A stretch of 64,000 bases of DNA, from contig CAVQMO010000005.1 in assembly GCA_963713605.1 (NCBI GenBank), positions 96,001 through 160,000 of the forward strand, in the 5' to 3' direction. Each line of letters begins with the position of its first letter. Positions within the stretch are counted from its first letter, which is position 1. Both the position numbers and the translations under genes were made by a program. The notes beneath the pieces are model-generated. The model was not told the origin of the DNA. It searched no databases and saw nothing but the letters and a program-made list of their open reading frames with translations. The DNA is from an uncultured Nitrososphaerales archaeon. GTDB taxonomy: Archaea; Thermoproteota; Nitrososphaeria; Nitrososphaerales; Nitrososphaeraceae. Shown one piece after another: positions 13,347 to 25,158 of the stretch.

Positions 13347-13652
13347 TTAGTATTATCAATCTTCCATCAATACCGATTGGGGGCCCCTTGCTTATGCATT
13401 TATTTTTATTTTTTATATTGACCGCACTTAATTTCTGTATTTGTTAATGCTACATATGAATTATGTAATAGGTTTCTCAATAAGGGAACATTTGCATGTG
13501 ACCTAGTACTATTAGAAATCTGTTAGTGAAGAATTCTATGACACGGTTTCAAGTTTATTGATTAGGCGATAAATATTATACAGTATTACATAACAGTTTG
13601 GGCAGGAAATTCCAGCTATTCAATATTAGGAAGTACTTGGTAAGAATATACA

Positions 13653-14375
13653 ATGCATTTAGATAATAGTAGATCTCCCTTATTATTAATCTCATTACTT
13701 GGGCTACTTTTGATAGTAGGATTTGTAGTTAGCATAGAGTCCATGAACGCTTCACAGGCCAAGAATGACAATGGTGACAATAACAATAATAATGATCGTG
13801 ATTGTAGTGAAACAAACATAATCATTGGTACAAGAACCTACACCAAGGGGACCGAATGCGATGATATTATCATTGGTTGTCTTATTACTGCGGATGGTAC
13901 TGGATGCAACTCGGGTGACACACTAAGAGGATTAGAACGACATGATGTTCTGCACGGATCCGTCGGAGATGATACTCTTTATGGTGATGAAGGAAATGAT
14001 GAGCTCAGCGGCTCGGACGGTAGCGATCGTTTGTATGGTGGTCCAAATAACGATATTATTATGGCCAGTTTTGGTGGAGATTTCTTGGTAGGAGATAAAG
14101 GAAATGACGAGCTATATGGAGGACCTGGGGATGACGTACTAATTGGCGGACCTGGGCCAGATTATTTCGATTGTGGAGATGGCTACGATATTATTATCGA
14201 CTTTAATCCGACAAATGGTGACACACACGCGGATAATTGTGAAGTAGTGCTTTCTGATTTAGGCAGCAAAGAAATTCTGACCCAAGGTGGGGTAATGACG
14301 AAACTTCAAGCACTAGGAATAGGGTCTCAGAAAAATCCTACTGACCTGGAAAATATTGGGGAAACAATAGATTAA
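13653..14375 (+). CDS. hemolysin-type (RTX) calcium-binding repeat protein
   Basis: Signal/TM segment followed by multiple GGxGxDxLx nonapeptides (GDEGNDELSG, GGPGDDVLIG, GGPGPDYFDCGDG). Confidence 0.88.
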   Translation: MHLDNSRSPLLLISLLGLLLIVGFVVSIESMNASQAKNDNGDNNNNNDRDCSETNIIIGTRTYTKGTECDDIIIGCLITADGTGCNSGDTLRGLERHDVLHGSVGDDTLYGDEGNDELSGSDGSDRLYGGPNNDIIMASFGGDFLVGDKGNDELYGGPGDDVLIGGPGPDYFDCGDGYDIIIDFNPTNGDTHADNCEVVLSDLGSKEILTQGGVMTKLQALGIGSQKNPTDLENIGETID

Positions 14376-14809
14376 TGAATGATCAATATGATGATCAAAA
14401 AAGGATGTTTTAGCTTGTCACCAGGAAGACCGCTAGAATCCTACGGTTCTCCTTCAGATTTTCACTTTATGATTCGATCGCCTAGCCTATTCTTCTTAAC
14501 TGACAGTATTGAAAATCCTGACGCACTGCTATTAGAGAAGCATTTTTACATTTTATTATACACCTTATTTGTTCAGACCGAGTCAAAAGGCTGAGATTGC
14601 ATTGGTAAAAGTGTTCAATACAACCTGTTTACCAAGTAGCGACTAGCGTAAACATTTCTCGCGGTTATTTTGGCATAACCGGTTCCAATTACGCCTTTTT
14701 GATTAAGTAGCCATCTAGTATCATAGGAAACTGTGACAATTATCCCGTTTTGTTTTAGTGCTAAGATCTAAAGTTTTATTACTTCCGGGCGAACAGATTA
14801 GTAAAATTA

Positions 14810-15415
14810 ATGTATTCTTCGCCCATGCCATTAGGACCAGGAGGCGTTGATGTAATGGGAAATTTGGCAAGCAAGATGGAACTGCAGCTCAAAGATACAG
14901 AACAAGTCAGAACATCGTTTGAAAATGATATTCGGATGTACAAAAATAAGCAGATTAGCAAGAAGGAATTTGTTCATAAAGTAGTTACCTATACTATATC
15001 TCTTTCAGCTTTAAATTTTCTTGTTATACACGTAATCCTTGAGATGAGAACGGCGCTCGAAAAGGGATCTTCGATGAAAGATAATACGGGAGGGATAGTT
15101 GTGGATGATCAATCAGACCCTGGATCACAATTCGGCCTTGGTATTGAGGGGTTTCTCGGAAGCTCCTTTCATGGTAGATCGGGAGATGGTGGAGTCATCC
15201 TGACAGATAGCAACGCAACTTCGATCCACGCTCCGTGCAATATCTGCAATTGTACCGAAACTGACGGATCTTATGACAAGATCCAATATCGTAAAGATCA
15301 AAAAAACATTAAAGAGTATCCCTTAGCGAGCTTTGTGCCAAGGCAGTGTGTTGGCTGTGGAACCGTTCTGTTTCGACCTACGAATTTTTGCGGTACATGC
15401 GGATATAAACAGTAA
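14810..15415 (+). CDS. hypothetical protein with C-terminal zinc ribbon
   Basis: C-terminal CVGCG...FCGTCG. Confidence 0.65.
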   Translation: MYSSPMPLGPGGVDVMGNLASKMELQLKDTEQVRTSFENDIRMYKNKQISKKEFVHKVVTYTISLSALNFLVIHVILEMRTALEKGSSMKDNTGGIVVDDQSDPGSQFGLGIEGFLGSSFHGRSGDGGVILTDSNATSIHAPCNICNCTETDGSYDKIQYRKDQKNIKEYPLASFVPRQCVGCGTVLFRPTNFCGTCGYKQ

Positions 15416-15578
15416 AATAATTTCAATTTAGATGAAATTGAATACAGTAGGCCAATTCCTGCCGCAGCTTCTGACTGTTTACTTTATAATTCAGTAGAAT
15501 ATTTTGAGGGAGTTGCAATTTTTACTTTCCATTAATATCTTAAAATTTTGTCTCAATACTTCTATTTTAACAAATAGC

Positions 15579-17085
15579 CTACCAACCTAGAGCTAATGCG
15601 GATTTAAGAGCCGCTTCATTCAGAATCGTGCTTATACTCGAACGAGTAGTATTTGAAGAATAAACTCGATCAATTGCTTCATGTATGTGTCCTGCAATAA
15701 TTGGGTATTCTGGTATACTTGGTCTTATATTGCCAAGTGGAATCATCGATATCAAGGTATCGTAGTACGGTAACTCGGTAGCTGATCGGTTGAGAATTAG
15801 CCCTTGCCCTAGTGGGATCTGAGTGGGGAGATATCCTGTACTCTTGAATCCAAGGCCCAAGGATCTCGGGTTCCAAGATTGTCTCGATCAATTCCCATGC
15901 AAGCATCTTGTGGTTGGATGTGATTGGAATGGCTAATTCCCAGCCTCCCATCAATGTACTTGATTGTTTATCAAGACTTGGCACGGGAAACAAGGGGATA
16001 AATCCTATCATATTTTCAAAGTCGGCTCTTTTTATGTCTGCAAAGTATCCAGGTATCCATGAACCTCCCAGGATCATCGCGATTTTTTTCTTAGCAAATT
16101 CGAGGCTATCGCTAGCTGGCAGACTATCTGGTTTCACTCCGGCATCAACTTGATCTTTGATAAAGCCTAGAGCCTGAACCCCTTCTGTACTGTTGTAAGT
16201 GGGAAACCAATATGTCCCCTTAGTCGGATGCCCTTCTTTGAGTTGTACAATGTCGCCTCCTAGCATCCACAGATAGGGAAACCACAGGTCTTGAGAATAA
16301 TATGTGTCAAACAGGATAGTTCCATTTATCCCTCTAGGCGTTAACTCTTGGTTTAACCTCTGTGCAGATTCAATGTAACCCTTCCACGTTTTTATATCGC
16401 CCGCATTGATCTGAGCTTGTCGGAGCAAGTCTTTCCAATACCATAAACCTCTTACATCGGTCCAAGTCCAAATACCGTATACCGTTCCATTATAAGTTCC
16501 ACCGTCCCAGTGTTGCTGATACCAATCGGATGCTCTTTCCCAATTGTCAGTATACGTAGTCAAGTTGGAAAGCAATCCCTTGCTAGCAAATTCACCTAAC
16601 CAAATTTGGTCGACAGATATGAAATCGATTGCTGATTTATTGGACATCAATCGCAGGAATTCTTCCCTAGTATCATTCGTTGGCAGCTCTTGATACACAA
16701 GATGCAAATTTTTGTCGGGATATTTTTGCTGCAATTTTTCCAGACCTTTGTCCAACAATGACTTCCACCTTCCTTTGTCGCCCAAATCGGTAAGGAGACC
16801 TCTTAAAGCAATTTCCGTTCCATTTCCATCTCCTGATTCTATGCTGTCCAAATCAGATGAATTCCTTCTGTCAGTAGATGCAAATGCCAGTGAATGAGTG
16901 AATTCCTCAAAGAAAGGGTCTACTTTTGCACGGGAGACCCCTTGTAAATCCAATCTAAAATGTTGACTATATGAAGACAAATAAACATTAATTTGAAAAA
17001 AAATGATTATAACCAAAATTGCTAAGAATCCCAAGAGAAACGGGTAATAGTTCAATTGAAGGAAAGATGGAACTTCAATAGGCAA
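15579..17085 (-). CDS. carbohydrate-type (family 1) extracellular solute-binding protein (frameshift near 15840)
   Basis: N-terminal TM anchor; DFISVDQIWLGEFA, YGIWTWTDVRGLWY.KDLL, STLMGGWELAI; C-terminus (GYLPT...RPSIPEYP) in the overlapping ORF 15579-15860. Confidence 0.85.
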
Positions 17086-17324
17086 TTCCTTGCCAGATAT
17101 GGCATGGTAAATATATTTATGTTTATCTTAACATCAACAAATGTGCCTTCTACCCTGGATGATTCAGTAAATCAGAGGCAGGAAAACTTTCATGATACCT
17201 GACACCCATTTGTGCTGTCGTTATCAGGAAGTGGAAATGTTAAAGTAATCCGCGATATTACTTAGTGGGTATAGAATCAAGAGGGGGACTCTAAACGGAA
17301 AGACTAATTCTGATAGGCATTATA

Positions 17325-19106
17325 GTGGTAGTTTCCATTGCGACTTCCTCATTAATTTTATTAGTTTTTCTACAAAATTTTACAGAGTCAACCGTTAGAA
17401 AAAACATATACGAACAGCAGATTGACAGACAAAAGGAAGTTACAACTAGCATCTCCCAGAGTATCGGCTCTGACCTTGGGAACTTAGTATCTGTATTGGA
17501 TGGTCTTGCAGATTCTGATCTACTTCAAAGAGGTGACTTTGCTTCAGATGAAACAACCAAGCTCGTCAACGAAAAATTGCAAAGATACGGAGCAGAGGTT
17601 AATAACATCTTTCTACTTGATAGTAACAATATAGTGACTGTGGCGATGCCAGGGCCAAATACGACAACAGACTATACAGACTTGAGGGCTGGAGATGACT
17701 TATCTCAGAGGAAATGGGTCAAGGATACAAGAACCAAGTCCGAGGCACCATATTTTTCAGGTGGCTTCGAGAGACAGGGCATATACAAAGAATTTATCAC
17801 ATTCCCAATTCTTGACAGAGAGACAAATGAGAAATTAGGAATCGTGGGTGCTTCAATCTCTACCCTGCCATTCTTCTCGACGTATGGTAACCTCGAAGAC
17901 CTTGATGACCAATTTTTGGTGGTCTATGATAAAACGGGTAACATCATCACTAACCCTGGCAATGCCGGTCTCCTTGGACAAAATTATTTTGGAGAGTTTG
18001 TTCAGGATTTTGTAGCCAGAAATAAGGTGCTGAACAATCTCACTAGGAACCTTCTACAGGGTCACTCAGGCTTTGGAATTTATGACTACGGAAGAGGGGA
18101 GAGAATCACAACCCAAGAACCCATATCGGTAAATGGACGGCCTGAATTCTTCGCACAGACCGTCACACCCACAGTTAGCCTATATTCTGACTTGGAAAAT
18201 TCGCTTTTCATTGAAAGAGTAAAACTATTTTCGCTTTTTGCTGCCACCTTAGCTGGAGTGATTGTACTTATGATATTTCTATTCAAATGGAATAATTCCC
18301 TTAAAAAAGAGGTGAATAAGCGAACTCAGCAGTTGCATGATTCGAATGATCAACTGATGGACGCAAATAACCAGTTGGAGCGCAACAATAAGTTACAAAA
18401 AGAATTCATTAACATTGCGGCTCATGAATTAAGAACTCCTATTCAGCCAATTTTAGGGCTTTCTGAAATTGTAATGAAGGAAAATAAAGACAAAGAGCTT
18501 GACAAATATCTTGAAGTAATATTTAGAAATGCCAAAAGACTTCGGAGATTAACAGAGAACATACTTGACGTAACACGTATTGAAAGCAAAATGCTCAAGT
18601 TAAATAAGGAACCAGTGAGATTGCACAATCTGTTACTATCAGTGGTAAATGACTATCAAACAGAAATTATTAAGGAAAATCGCACAAGACAGATTAAACT
18701 ATTGTACCATCCCCAAATAAACGGTGACCCTGCAGATATAGTAGTGGAAGCAGACACGAGTAGGCTTATACAAATAATTTCAAACCTAATGAATAACGCC
18801 TTGAAATTTTCACGAAAGGAAGAAGCAGTTATCGAGGTAACATTGAGCGAACGTACGGAAGGCAGTAAAAAAATCGCAACAGTTAACGTAATTGACTACG
18901 GCGAAGGCATCGATCCTGGAATGCAACGTAATCTCTTTACAATGTTTTCTACTAATTCTTATGATGGGACAGGTCTTGGACTCTACCTTTGTAAGAACTT
19001 GGTCGAAGCTCAAGGTGGCAGAATATGGGCGAGGAATAATCCATCTGGGAGGGGTGCTGTCTTCGGATTTGACCTTGAAATTATCGATGGCGGACGAAGA
19101 TTTTGA
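17325..19106 (+). CDS. membrane sensor histidine kinase with extracellular Cache-like domain
   Basis: Two TM segments flanking a ~270-aa extracellular region; H-box FINIAAHELRTPIQPI, N-box NLMNNALKF, DYGEGID, GTGLGLY. Confidence 0.93.
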   Translation: MVVSIATSSLILLVFLQNFTESTVRKNIYEQQIDRQKEVTTSISQSIGSDLGNLVSVLDGLADSDLLQRGDFASDETTKLVNEKLQRYGAEVNNIFLLDSNNIVTVAMPGPNTTTDYTDLRAGDDLSQRKWVKDTRTKSEAPYFSGGFERQGIYKEFITFPILDRETNEKLGIVGASISTLPFFSTYGNLEDLDDQFLVVYDKTGNIITNPGNAGLLGQNYFGEFVQDFVARNKVLNNLTRNLLQGHSGFGIYDYGRGERITTQEPISVNGRPEFFAQTVTPTVSLYSDLENSLFIERVKLFSLFAATLAGVIVLMIFLFKWNNSLKKEVNKRTQQLHDSNDQLMDANNQLERNNKLQKEFINIAAHELRTPIQPILGLSEIVMKENKDKELDKYLEVIFRNAKRLRRLTENILDVTRIESKMLKLNKEPVRLHNLLLSVVNDYQTEIIKENRTRQIKLLYHPQINGDPADIVVEADTSRLIQIISNLMNNALKFSRKEEAVIEVTLSERTEGSKKIATVNVIDYGEGIDPGMQRNLFTMFSTNSYDGTGLGLYLCKNLVEAQGGRIWARNNPSGRGAVFGFDLEIIDGGRRF

Positions 19107-19430
19107 ATTCAAGGTAAGGCATGTTAGGCCAAATTAGCGCATTGTTGGATTGTATGGGGCTTCACAAAGAATCAAAACTAGCTGACAGATCCTAATGTTT
19201 TAACATTCAGTTTCCACATAAGTGGGAGTCTCGATCTCTACATATGGACCGGGAGCAGAATGCTTAAATTTTGAGATCCAGATTTCGCGGGAGGAGGAAA
19301 ATAAGGTTAGGTAGATAAATTCTAGCGTTGTAGATCACGGAGAGGAGCTGAGAATGTCAATATTGATTATTTTAATTACAAGGAGGGCTTAGGTAATAAA
19401 TACAGTAACGGTCTGCAAGCCAAATCTGAC

Positions 19431-19935
19431 CTACTTTGTTCCACTTTGTGAAGAATTCCATTTTTCTCTTTTTAGGTCGTACTCAGACCGTGAATATTTG
19501 ATTCTAGCAGGATGACCTATTACAACGGTATCAGAGGGAACATCTCTTGTAACTACTGCACCCATTGCCACAACGCTGTTCTTTCCCACTCGAATGCCCG
19601 GTTTTATGACGGCTCTCCCCCCTATAATGGCCCCATCCTCCACTATAACCCCTGACATTCTGGGACTTGTAGGGTATGGATCGTTAGTAAACGCCGGCAG
19701 CAGGTCCCACAAACACATTTTTTCCAATAACTGTTAATGGTGGAATGTAAACAGAACCTTCTATTCTAGTATTTTCCCCAATCTTGACATTATAGTCTAT
19801 ATGGGCCAAAGACCCGATACTTACGTTGTCTCCGATCACGGTATTACTTCCCACATATGAAAAATGCCAAATCTTCACATTCCTACCTAACTTGGCATCT
19901 GGTGAAATATAATTGACTACCTTATTCTGATCCAT
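19431..19935 (-). CDS. hexapeptide-repeat (left-handed beta-helix) acyltransferase (frameshift near 19700)
   Basis: [LIV]G.... hexapeptide repeats; [19 protein letters not shown]...GHPAR. Confidence 0.88.
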
Positions 19936-20120
19936 TGTTTTTCAATACTCTTCAATACTATATAACTCTCTTTTAATACTCCAGGCATAGGTTCCGACTG
20001 CCTGAAATAACAGATCTGTTTTTATTTTGTCTTGATTTCCCGGAATGACGCAATTCAGGATCCTTTAACTGTGAAAGACTGACCAACCGATAATTTCGAT
20101 CTAGAACATAATTTAGTAAC

Positions 20121-20372
20121 GTGAATATTATTACATCGAACTTAATCTTTCTATGGGATATGTATGAACAGGCTACATCCTTCACGAACGACCCAACTGG
20201 TCTAATTTCTGTGCTGATTTGCAAAAGGATAAGTATGTCATTGTGTGATGAAGCTAGAAGTAGAATACATTTGCTATCATATTTTGCAAGACAATGGGAT
20301 GTTTTCCTTGTCGGAGCGGCAATGATAATCGGGTTTACTGTTGTTGTTCTCAAATTGACAGGATTCATTTAG
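20121..20372 (+). CDS. small membrane hypothetical protein
   Basis: C-terminal hydrophobic helix; start uncertain. Confidence 0.35.
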   Translation: MNIITSNLIFLWDMYEQATSFTNDPTGLISVLICKRISMSLCDEARSRIHLLSYFARQWDVFLVGAAMIIGFTVVVLKLTGFI

Positions 20373-20598
20373 CGCTGACAAACTTTTGCAGAGTGATATA
20401 CTTCCGCGACTGAAATGAAAGAGGAGAACAATGTTAGATTCTCTCGAACTACCACGCCATTAGGTACTTAGAATTATGTGCCCTGTTAGTAGCAACGAAC
20501 TTGTAGTAAGATGGGTCGAATGCATGTTTTCTATTTTATGAGAAACTTAGGTGCACGATGCCAAATCATTTTTATAAGCTGTCAAATTAAATCGACAT

Positions 20599-20919
20599 AT
20601 GAGCTCTGTAGACTCAGGCGAAGCCGATTTGGATAAGCGTGAACCTAATTTGGAGAAGATTTCAGTAACCAACGAGGAAAAATCAATTGTCTTCACCAAT
20701 CGCAAAGGTGTACCCAGTAGCAGGAGAGGAAGAGGCTATTCCCAAAAGGAGATTGCAGAGGCATCTGCAAATATCGGCCTAGCAAATCAAAATATATCGA
20801 AGGTAAGAGCCTTTCACATCCCCGTTGACAAATTGCGAAGGTCAACCCATCCAGAGAACGTGAAAAAACTTACAAAGGTTCTAGAAAAGGTACTTACAAA
20901 GCAAAAAAACAAAGAATAG
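20599..20919 (+). CDS. rpl13e: 50S ribosomal protein L13e
   Basis: RRGRGYSQKEI...IPVDKLRRSTHPENVKKL matches the L13e R.GRGFS..EL...I.VD.RR.S...ENV..L signature. Confidence 0.85.
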   Translation: MSSVDSGEADLDKREPNLEKISVTNEEKSIVFTNRKGVPSSRRGRGYSQKEIAEASANIGLANQNISKVRAFHIPVDKLRRSTHPENVKKLTKVLEKVLTKQKNKE

Positions 20920-21315
20920 GGGCAAAAAGCAGACTCGGACGAAAGACAAGGCTGTTACTACGAAAACCAGCAAGTGACCTCATACTTTATGTTGGTATCA
21001 AATCCGGTAAACCCGGTATCATTAGGGCGATGAAAGATATCTATCTTCAATGCCATGATATAGGACATGAATTTTATAATACTTTTCACTATCTTGGACG
21101 GCAGAGCTACCCAATCATGAAATCGTATGGGTCAAGTCAATTCTGCCAACAATTCGAAGAATGTGATTTTGAAATACAACCGCCGTTCTACCGCTTAACT
21201 TCTAACCGATAGTGCTATTTTTGATTACAGTTCAGAATTGGCACGGCCTAAATACATTCAGATTTTTAAAACTTATAACAGGGGAATATCCCATATCTTA
21301 CGACGAAGGTGTTAA

Positions 21316-22500
21316 TTGAAAACGTTATGGTATCTATTTCTCGTTGACCTTGGCTGTATTTACATTTATGTTTTATACACAGGATGTGTCTTTTGCTTCG
21401 CAAGAAAGGCAATAAGTCAATCTCTTCACAGATGATGTTTGACGAGTTAAAACACTCCACAGTGAGCGTCATGAACACGATACCTACGAATCTTTTTAAT
21501 CCCCAGATACAAAATTTAACTGAACTAGGTACCGGTTATGTTTTTGGAGACAAGGGACACATTATTACTGCTTATCACTTATTATCAGGGGCTCGGAACG
21601 TGGATATAATATCAAGTGAAGGAGAAAGATATCCAGCGACGCTAATGGGAGCTGACCCCTATAGTGACGTAGCAATTTTAGAAGTCAATTCTACTGCTTC
21701 AATTCAAAATACGATAACTACCACGTCTGCATAGCAGAGCCAATTATCGATTATTAACGACACCCTTAGGCCAGTGAGTGTGGGTAATTCAAGCGAATTG
21801 CGCGTTGGGGATCCTGTCGTAACTATTGGTTACAATTTTGGCTCGACCGGACCGTCTATGACCGGTGGTTTGGTAAGTAAAACCGATTATGTATTAGCAT
21901 TTCCGGCCGGTGGATTCTCTATACCTAACATAATACAATCCGACGTAACAGTAAATCCTGGCAACTCAGGAGGACCATTGATAGACAAAACTGGAAAAAT
22001 CGTAGGAATGATTTATGGTAGGCTAAATCCGGTGGGTGTACCTTTGGGACAATTCCCTGGGATGACAGCAGTCATTCCCTCGAATATAGTCAATCGAGTC
22101 GCTTCATCAATTGTTGAAAACGGTTATTATCTTCATCCAGGTATCGGGATCATTGGAGAAACGCTCACTCCAGACCTAATCCAACGTATGGTCAACTCTA
22201 CAAATATAGCATCTGATATGCATGGTGTATTCGTAAGTAAATTGCAGAGGGGTGGGACTGCGGATTTAGCAGGCCTGCAGGGGAGTGTCACAAATGAATA
22301 CGGGGAAATACTTGGCGGAGACATAATAACTTCCATAGATGGGTTTTCTGTAGATAGGTTTGAGCAACTTTTGGCATACATTCAGGAACACAAATCAGTA
22401 GGGGACGAATATTTCTTTCAGTTTACTTCGGAATGGCCAAACCTTAGAAAAGAACGGATTAGTTCAGACATTTCTGCCCTCTACAGTCAGATAAAGTGCT
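21316..22500 (+). CDS. HtrA/DegP-like trypsin serine protease with PDZ domain (in-frame TAG at 21732; probable indels at both ends; boundaries approximate)
   Basis: GTGYVF..GHIITAYH, ADPYSDVAIL, IQSDVTVNPGNSGGPL catalytic triad motifs, PDZ GDIITSIDG; ORFs 21384 and 21774 are in the same frame. Confidence 0.88.
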
Positions 22501-22714
22501 CAACATGCATATTTTTGGTCTCTGAATTCTTACGGTTTCAAAATGCAATGGACATCCAATTCGAAGTCGAAAGCGATTTTATTCCGTTTCCTATACCGGC
22601 ACATCTAGTTGAAAAAGTCTAGATAAATACATCAAGAATCGAGATTCTAAGTATTTGAAGATATGATTACTAAAACAAAAACTTATTGGCTAGTATTCAT
22701 GACATTCAGCGTGA

Positions 22715-24033
22715 ATGGATAGAATCCCTAGATCTAAAAAAACCTCTAGGAACTTCACCTCGGTGGAGGGCGCTCTGGTCAGCCTATTTTCGTCTTTTAA
22801 AATTCCGAAAATGGATGCAAGGAGGGTAGAATGCGCATATCTATTAGAATCTAATGGACGAGTCCTAGCGGAAAACCTGTATTCTCCTATAAGTGTTCCT
22901 CCATTCGATCGAGCCGATAGGGATGGTTTTGCGGTCTCCTCATCTGTTACGGCTAATGCATCACGTCACTCTCCGATTTATGTTAAGATAATAGGTAAGA
23001 GCCATGCGGGACAACGCGCAATCTTACTTCGCATAAGAAAGGGACAAGTGGTTGAGATTGCCACTGGAGCCAAACTTCCCAAAGGTGCAGATTCTGTGAT
23101 CATGGTTGAAGATACCACCTTAGATACCACCAATAGATTAGTCAAGATTTCCAAACCTGTCAATCGAGGTGATCATGTATCCTACAAAGGTAGCGACGTT
23201 ACAAAAAAACAATTAGTCTTGAGAAAAGGAACATGGATTACTGCCCAAGATGTGGCCTTAATTGCATCCATGGGTTTTGATAGAATCTCTGTGGTCAAAA
23301 AACCTAGGGTTGGTATACTAGCAACTGGCGACGAACTTACAGATCCTGGAAGCCGACCACTAAATGATGCAAGTATTTTTGAGAGCAATAGATACATGGT
23401 GTCTTGTTTAATAAGGGATGCTGGCGGAGATTCAGTGGATTTGGGACTGTGCAGAGATGATCCAGATGCGATATTTGAGATTTTGAAATCAGCGTTAAAA
23501 CTGGATATGATAGTCGTCTCCGGTGGAGCCTCAGTAGGACAGAAGGATTATTCCCCATTGCTCGTAGACAGGCTGGGAAAACCTGGACTCTTGGTTCATG
23601 GAATAGCAATGAAACCAGGGTCCCCCACGGGACTTGGAATTGTGAGAAATACCCCCGATTATTATATGTCCTGGTTTTCCGGTTTCTGCCTTTGCCGACT
23701 TTCTCTATGTTCGGATTACCAATATTGTCCAAGTTATTAGGAACTCAGGGACCAGTTAAAGCAAGATTAAAAGCGAGAATTACCGAAGACATTAGCGTTC
23801 ACAAGGATTTTCTGACATTCGTGCGAGTTATAGTGTATCGCCATAATGATGTTTTCTTGGCTAAACCGGTTAGCGCCAGCGGTCCAAGTTTGATTTCTAC
23901 ATTGACAAACTCAAACGGGATAGTAATTGTGAATAGCAGGATCACTCATAGTAGTGAACTAAAAAAAGGCGAAGTTGTGGAAGTTACACTGTATAAGAAC
24001 ATACAAGAGAGAGCCTGGCAGGACAGTGACTGA
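22715..24033 (+). CDS. moeA: molybdopterin molybdotransferase MoeA (frameshift near 23655-23690)
   Basis: VPPFDRADRDGFAV, IATGAKLPKGADSVIMVED, ILATGDEL, SGGASVG.KD, GIAMKPG.PT. Confidence 0.93.
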
Positions 24034-24445
24034 AACATGACGGGACACGACAGGTAGTGATTGGTTGTTTGGGAATAGCAATGATTTTGTACATTCGAGG
24101 ATTTCCCTCTGGAATTTTTTGATCAGTATTTCGTATTTAGTGCCTTTTATAGGGGCAGAATGCCTTAAGGGTAGTATCGATAATTCGATCTGGGCCAAAG
24201 TAGTAGCCGTTCTGTCTGAGTAAGGGAACCCCGATAATTCGAATTCGGAACTGAAAAGGTCTTTCCGTAGATATTGTATGTATCTGACTTCCGGTGTGAT
24301 GGCTTCACGATCTTCCCAATCCATATTTAAATAATATTCTTGAATCGATGTGCAAAACCAATTGGATTATATGTATTATGGTTATTAATTGGATAAGATC
24401 CAATTTGGGATACACGACTTGGATGGGAGTTGAATTTTAGATCTG

Positions 24446-24706
24446 ATAGCGGACACTGGAAGCACAATAGACCTAAGATTATACGCTTCGGTCAAGGACC
24501 TCTTAGGTAAGGATAGAATAGAAGTCGATTTGACTGATAATATGACTGCCGGAGATCTTAGAGAAAAGCTTCATGAATCGTTTCCAATCTTATCAATCGT
24601 CAATATCCAATTCACAATATCGGTCAATCGAAGGGCTGTTGGTGATAGTGAATTTATTCAAAAGGCCGATGAATTAGCATTACTACCTCCAATTAGCGGA
24701 GGGTGA
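24446..24706 (+). CDS. moaD: molybdopterin synthase sulfur carrier MoaD / ubiquitin-like SAMP (missed by ORF track; start obscured, probably by a T-run indel at ~24435)
   Basis: Frame reads IADTGSTIDLRLYASVKDLLGKDRIEV...ISVNRRAV...DELALLPPISGG*; C-terminal GG; directly upstream of moaE. Confidence 0.88.
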   Translation: MADTGSTIDLRLYASVKDLLGKDRIEVDLTDNMTAGDLREKLHESFPILSIVNIQFTISVNRRAVGDSEFIQKADELALLPPISGG

Positions 24707-24713
24707 ATCTTAA

Positions 24714-25145
24714 TTGGGCTATCTAACATCCGAAGTAATCGATGTAAATAGGTTACTCATAGAACGGCAAAACACTTGTATTGGTGGGACGGTCATTTTC
24801 TTAGGAACGGTCAGAGAACGTAATAATGAAAATCTCAAATTGTCACAATTAAGTTATGAAGCATATGAAACAATGGCAGAAGAGATTTTTTCTGATATTG
24901 AAGCTGAGGCTAGACAGAAATGGAAAATAGAAGGGATTACAGTTTTGCATCGTGTTGGAACCTTGAACGTGGGTGAAGTGAGTGTGATCATAATCGTATC
25001 ATCCAAACACAGAAAAGAAGCATTTGATTGTTGTAGGTACATAATAGATAATGTAAAGACCAGAGTGCCTATTTGGAAGATGGAAATAACTAGCAGAGGT
25101 AAAAAATGGTTAGGGGGTACACTTATACTCCCGACAGAGAAATAA
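24714..25145 (+). CDS. moaE: molybdopterin synthase catalytic subunit MoaE
   Basis: GGTVIFLGTVR, LSYEAYETMA, HRVGTLNVGE, HRKEAF, KTRVPIWKME. Confidence 0.94.
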   Translation: MGYLTSEVIDVNRLLIERQNTCIGGTVIFLGTVRERNNENLKLSQLSYEAYETMAEEIFSDIEAEARQKWKIEGITVLHRVGTLNVGEVSVIIIVSSKHRKEAFDCCRYIIDNVKTRVPIWKMEITSRGKKWLGGTLILPTEK

Positions 25146-25158
25146 CTTTTGGGAAAAC

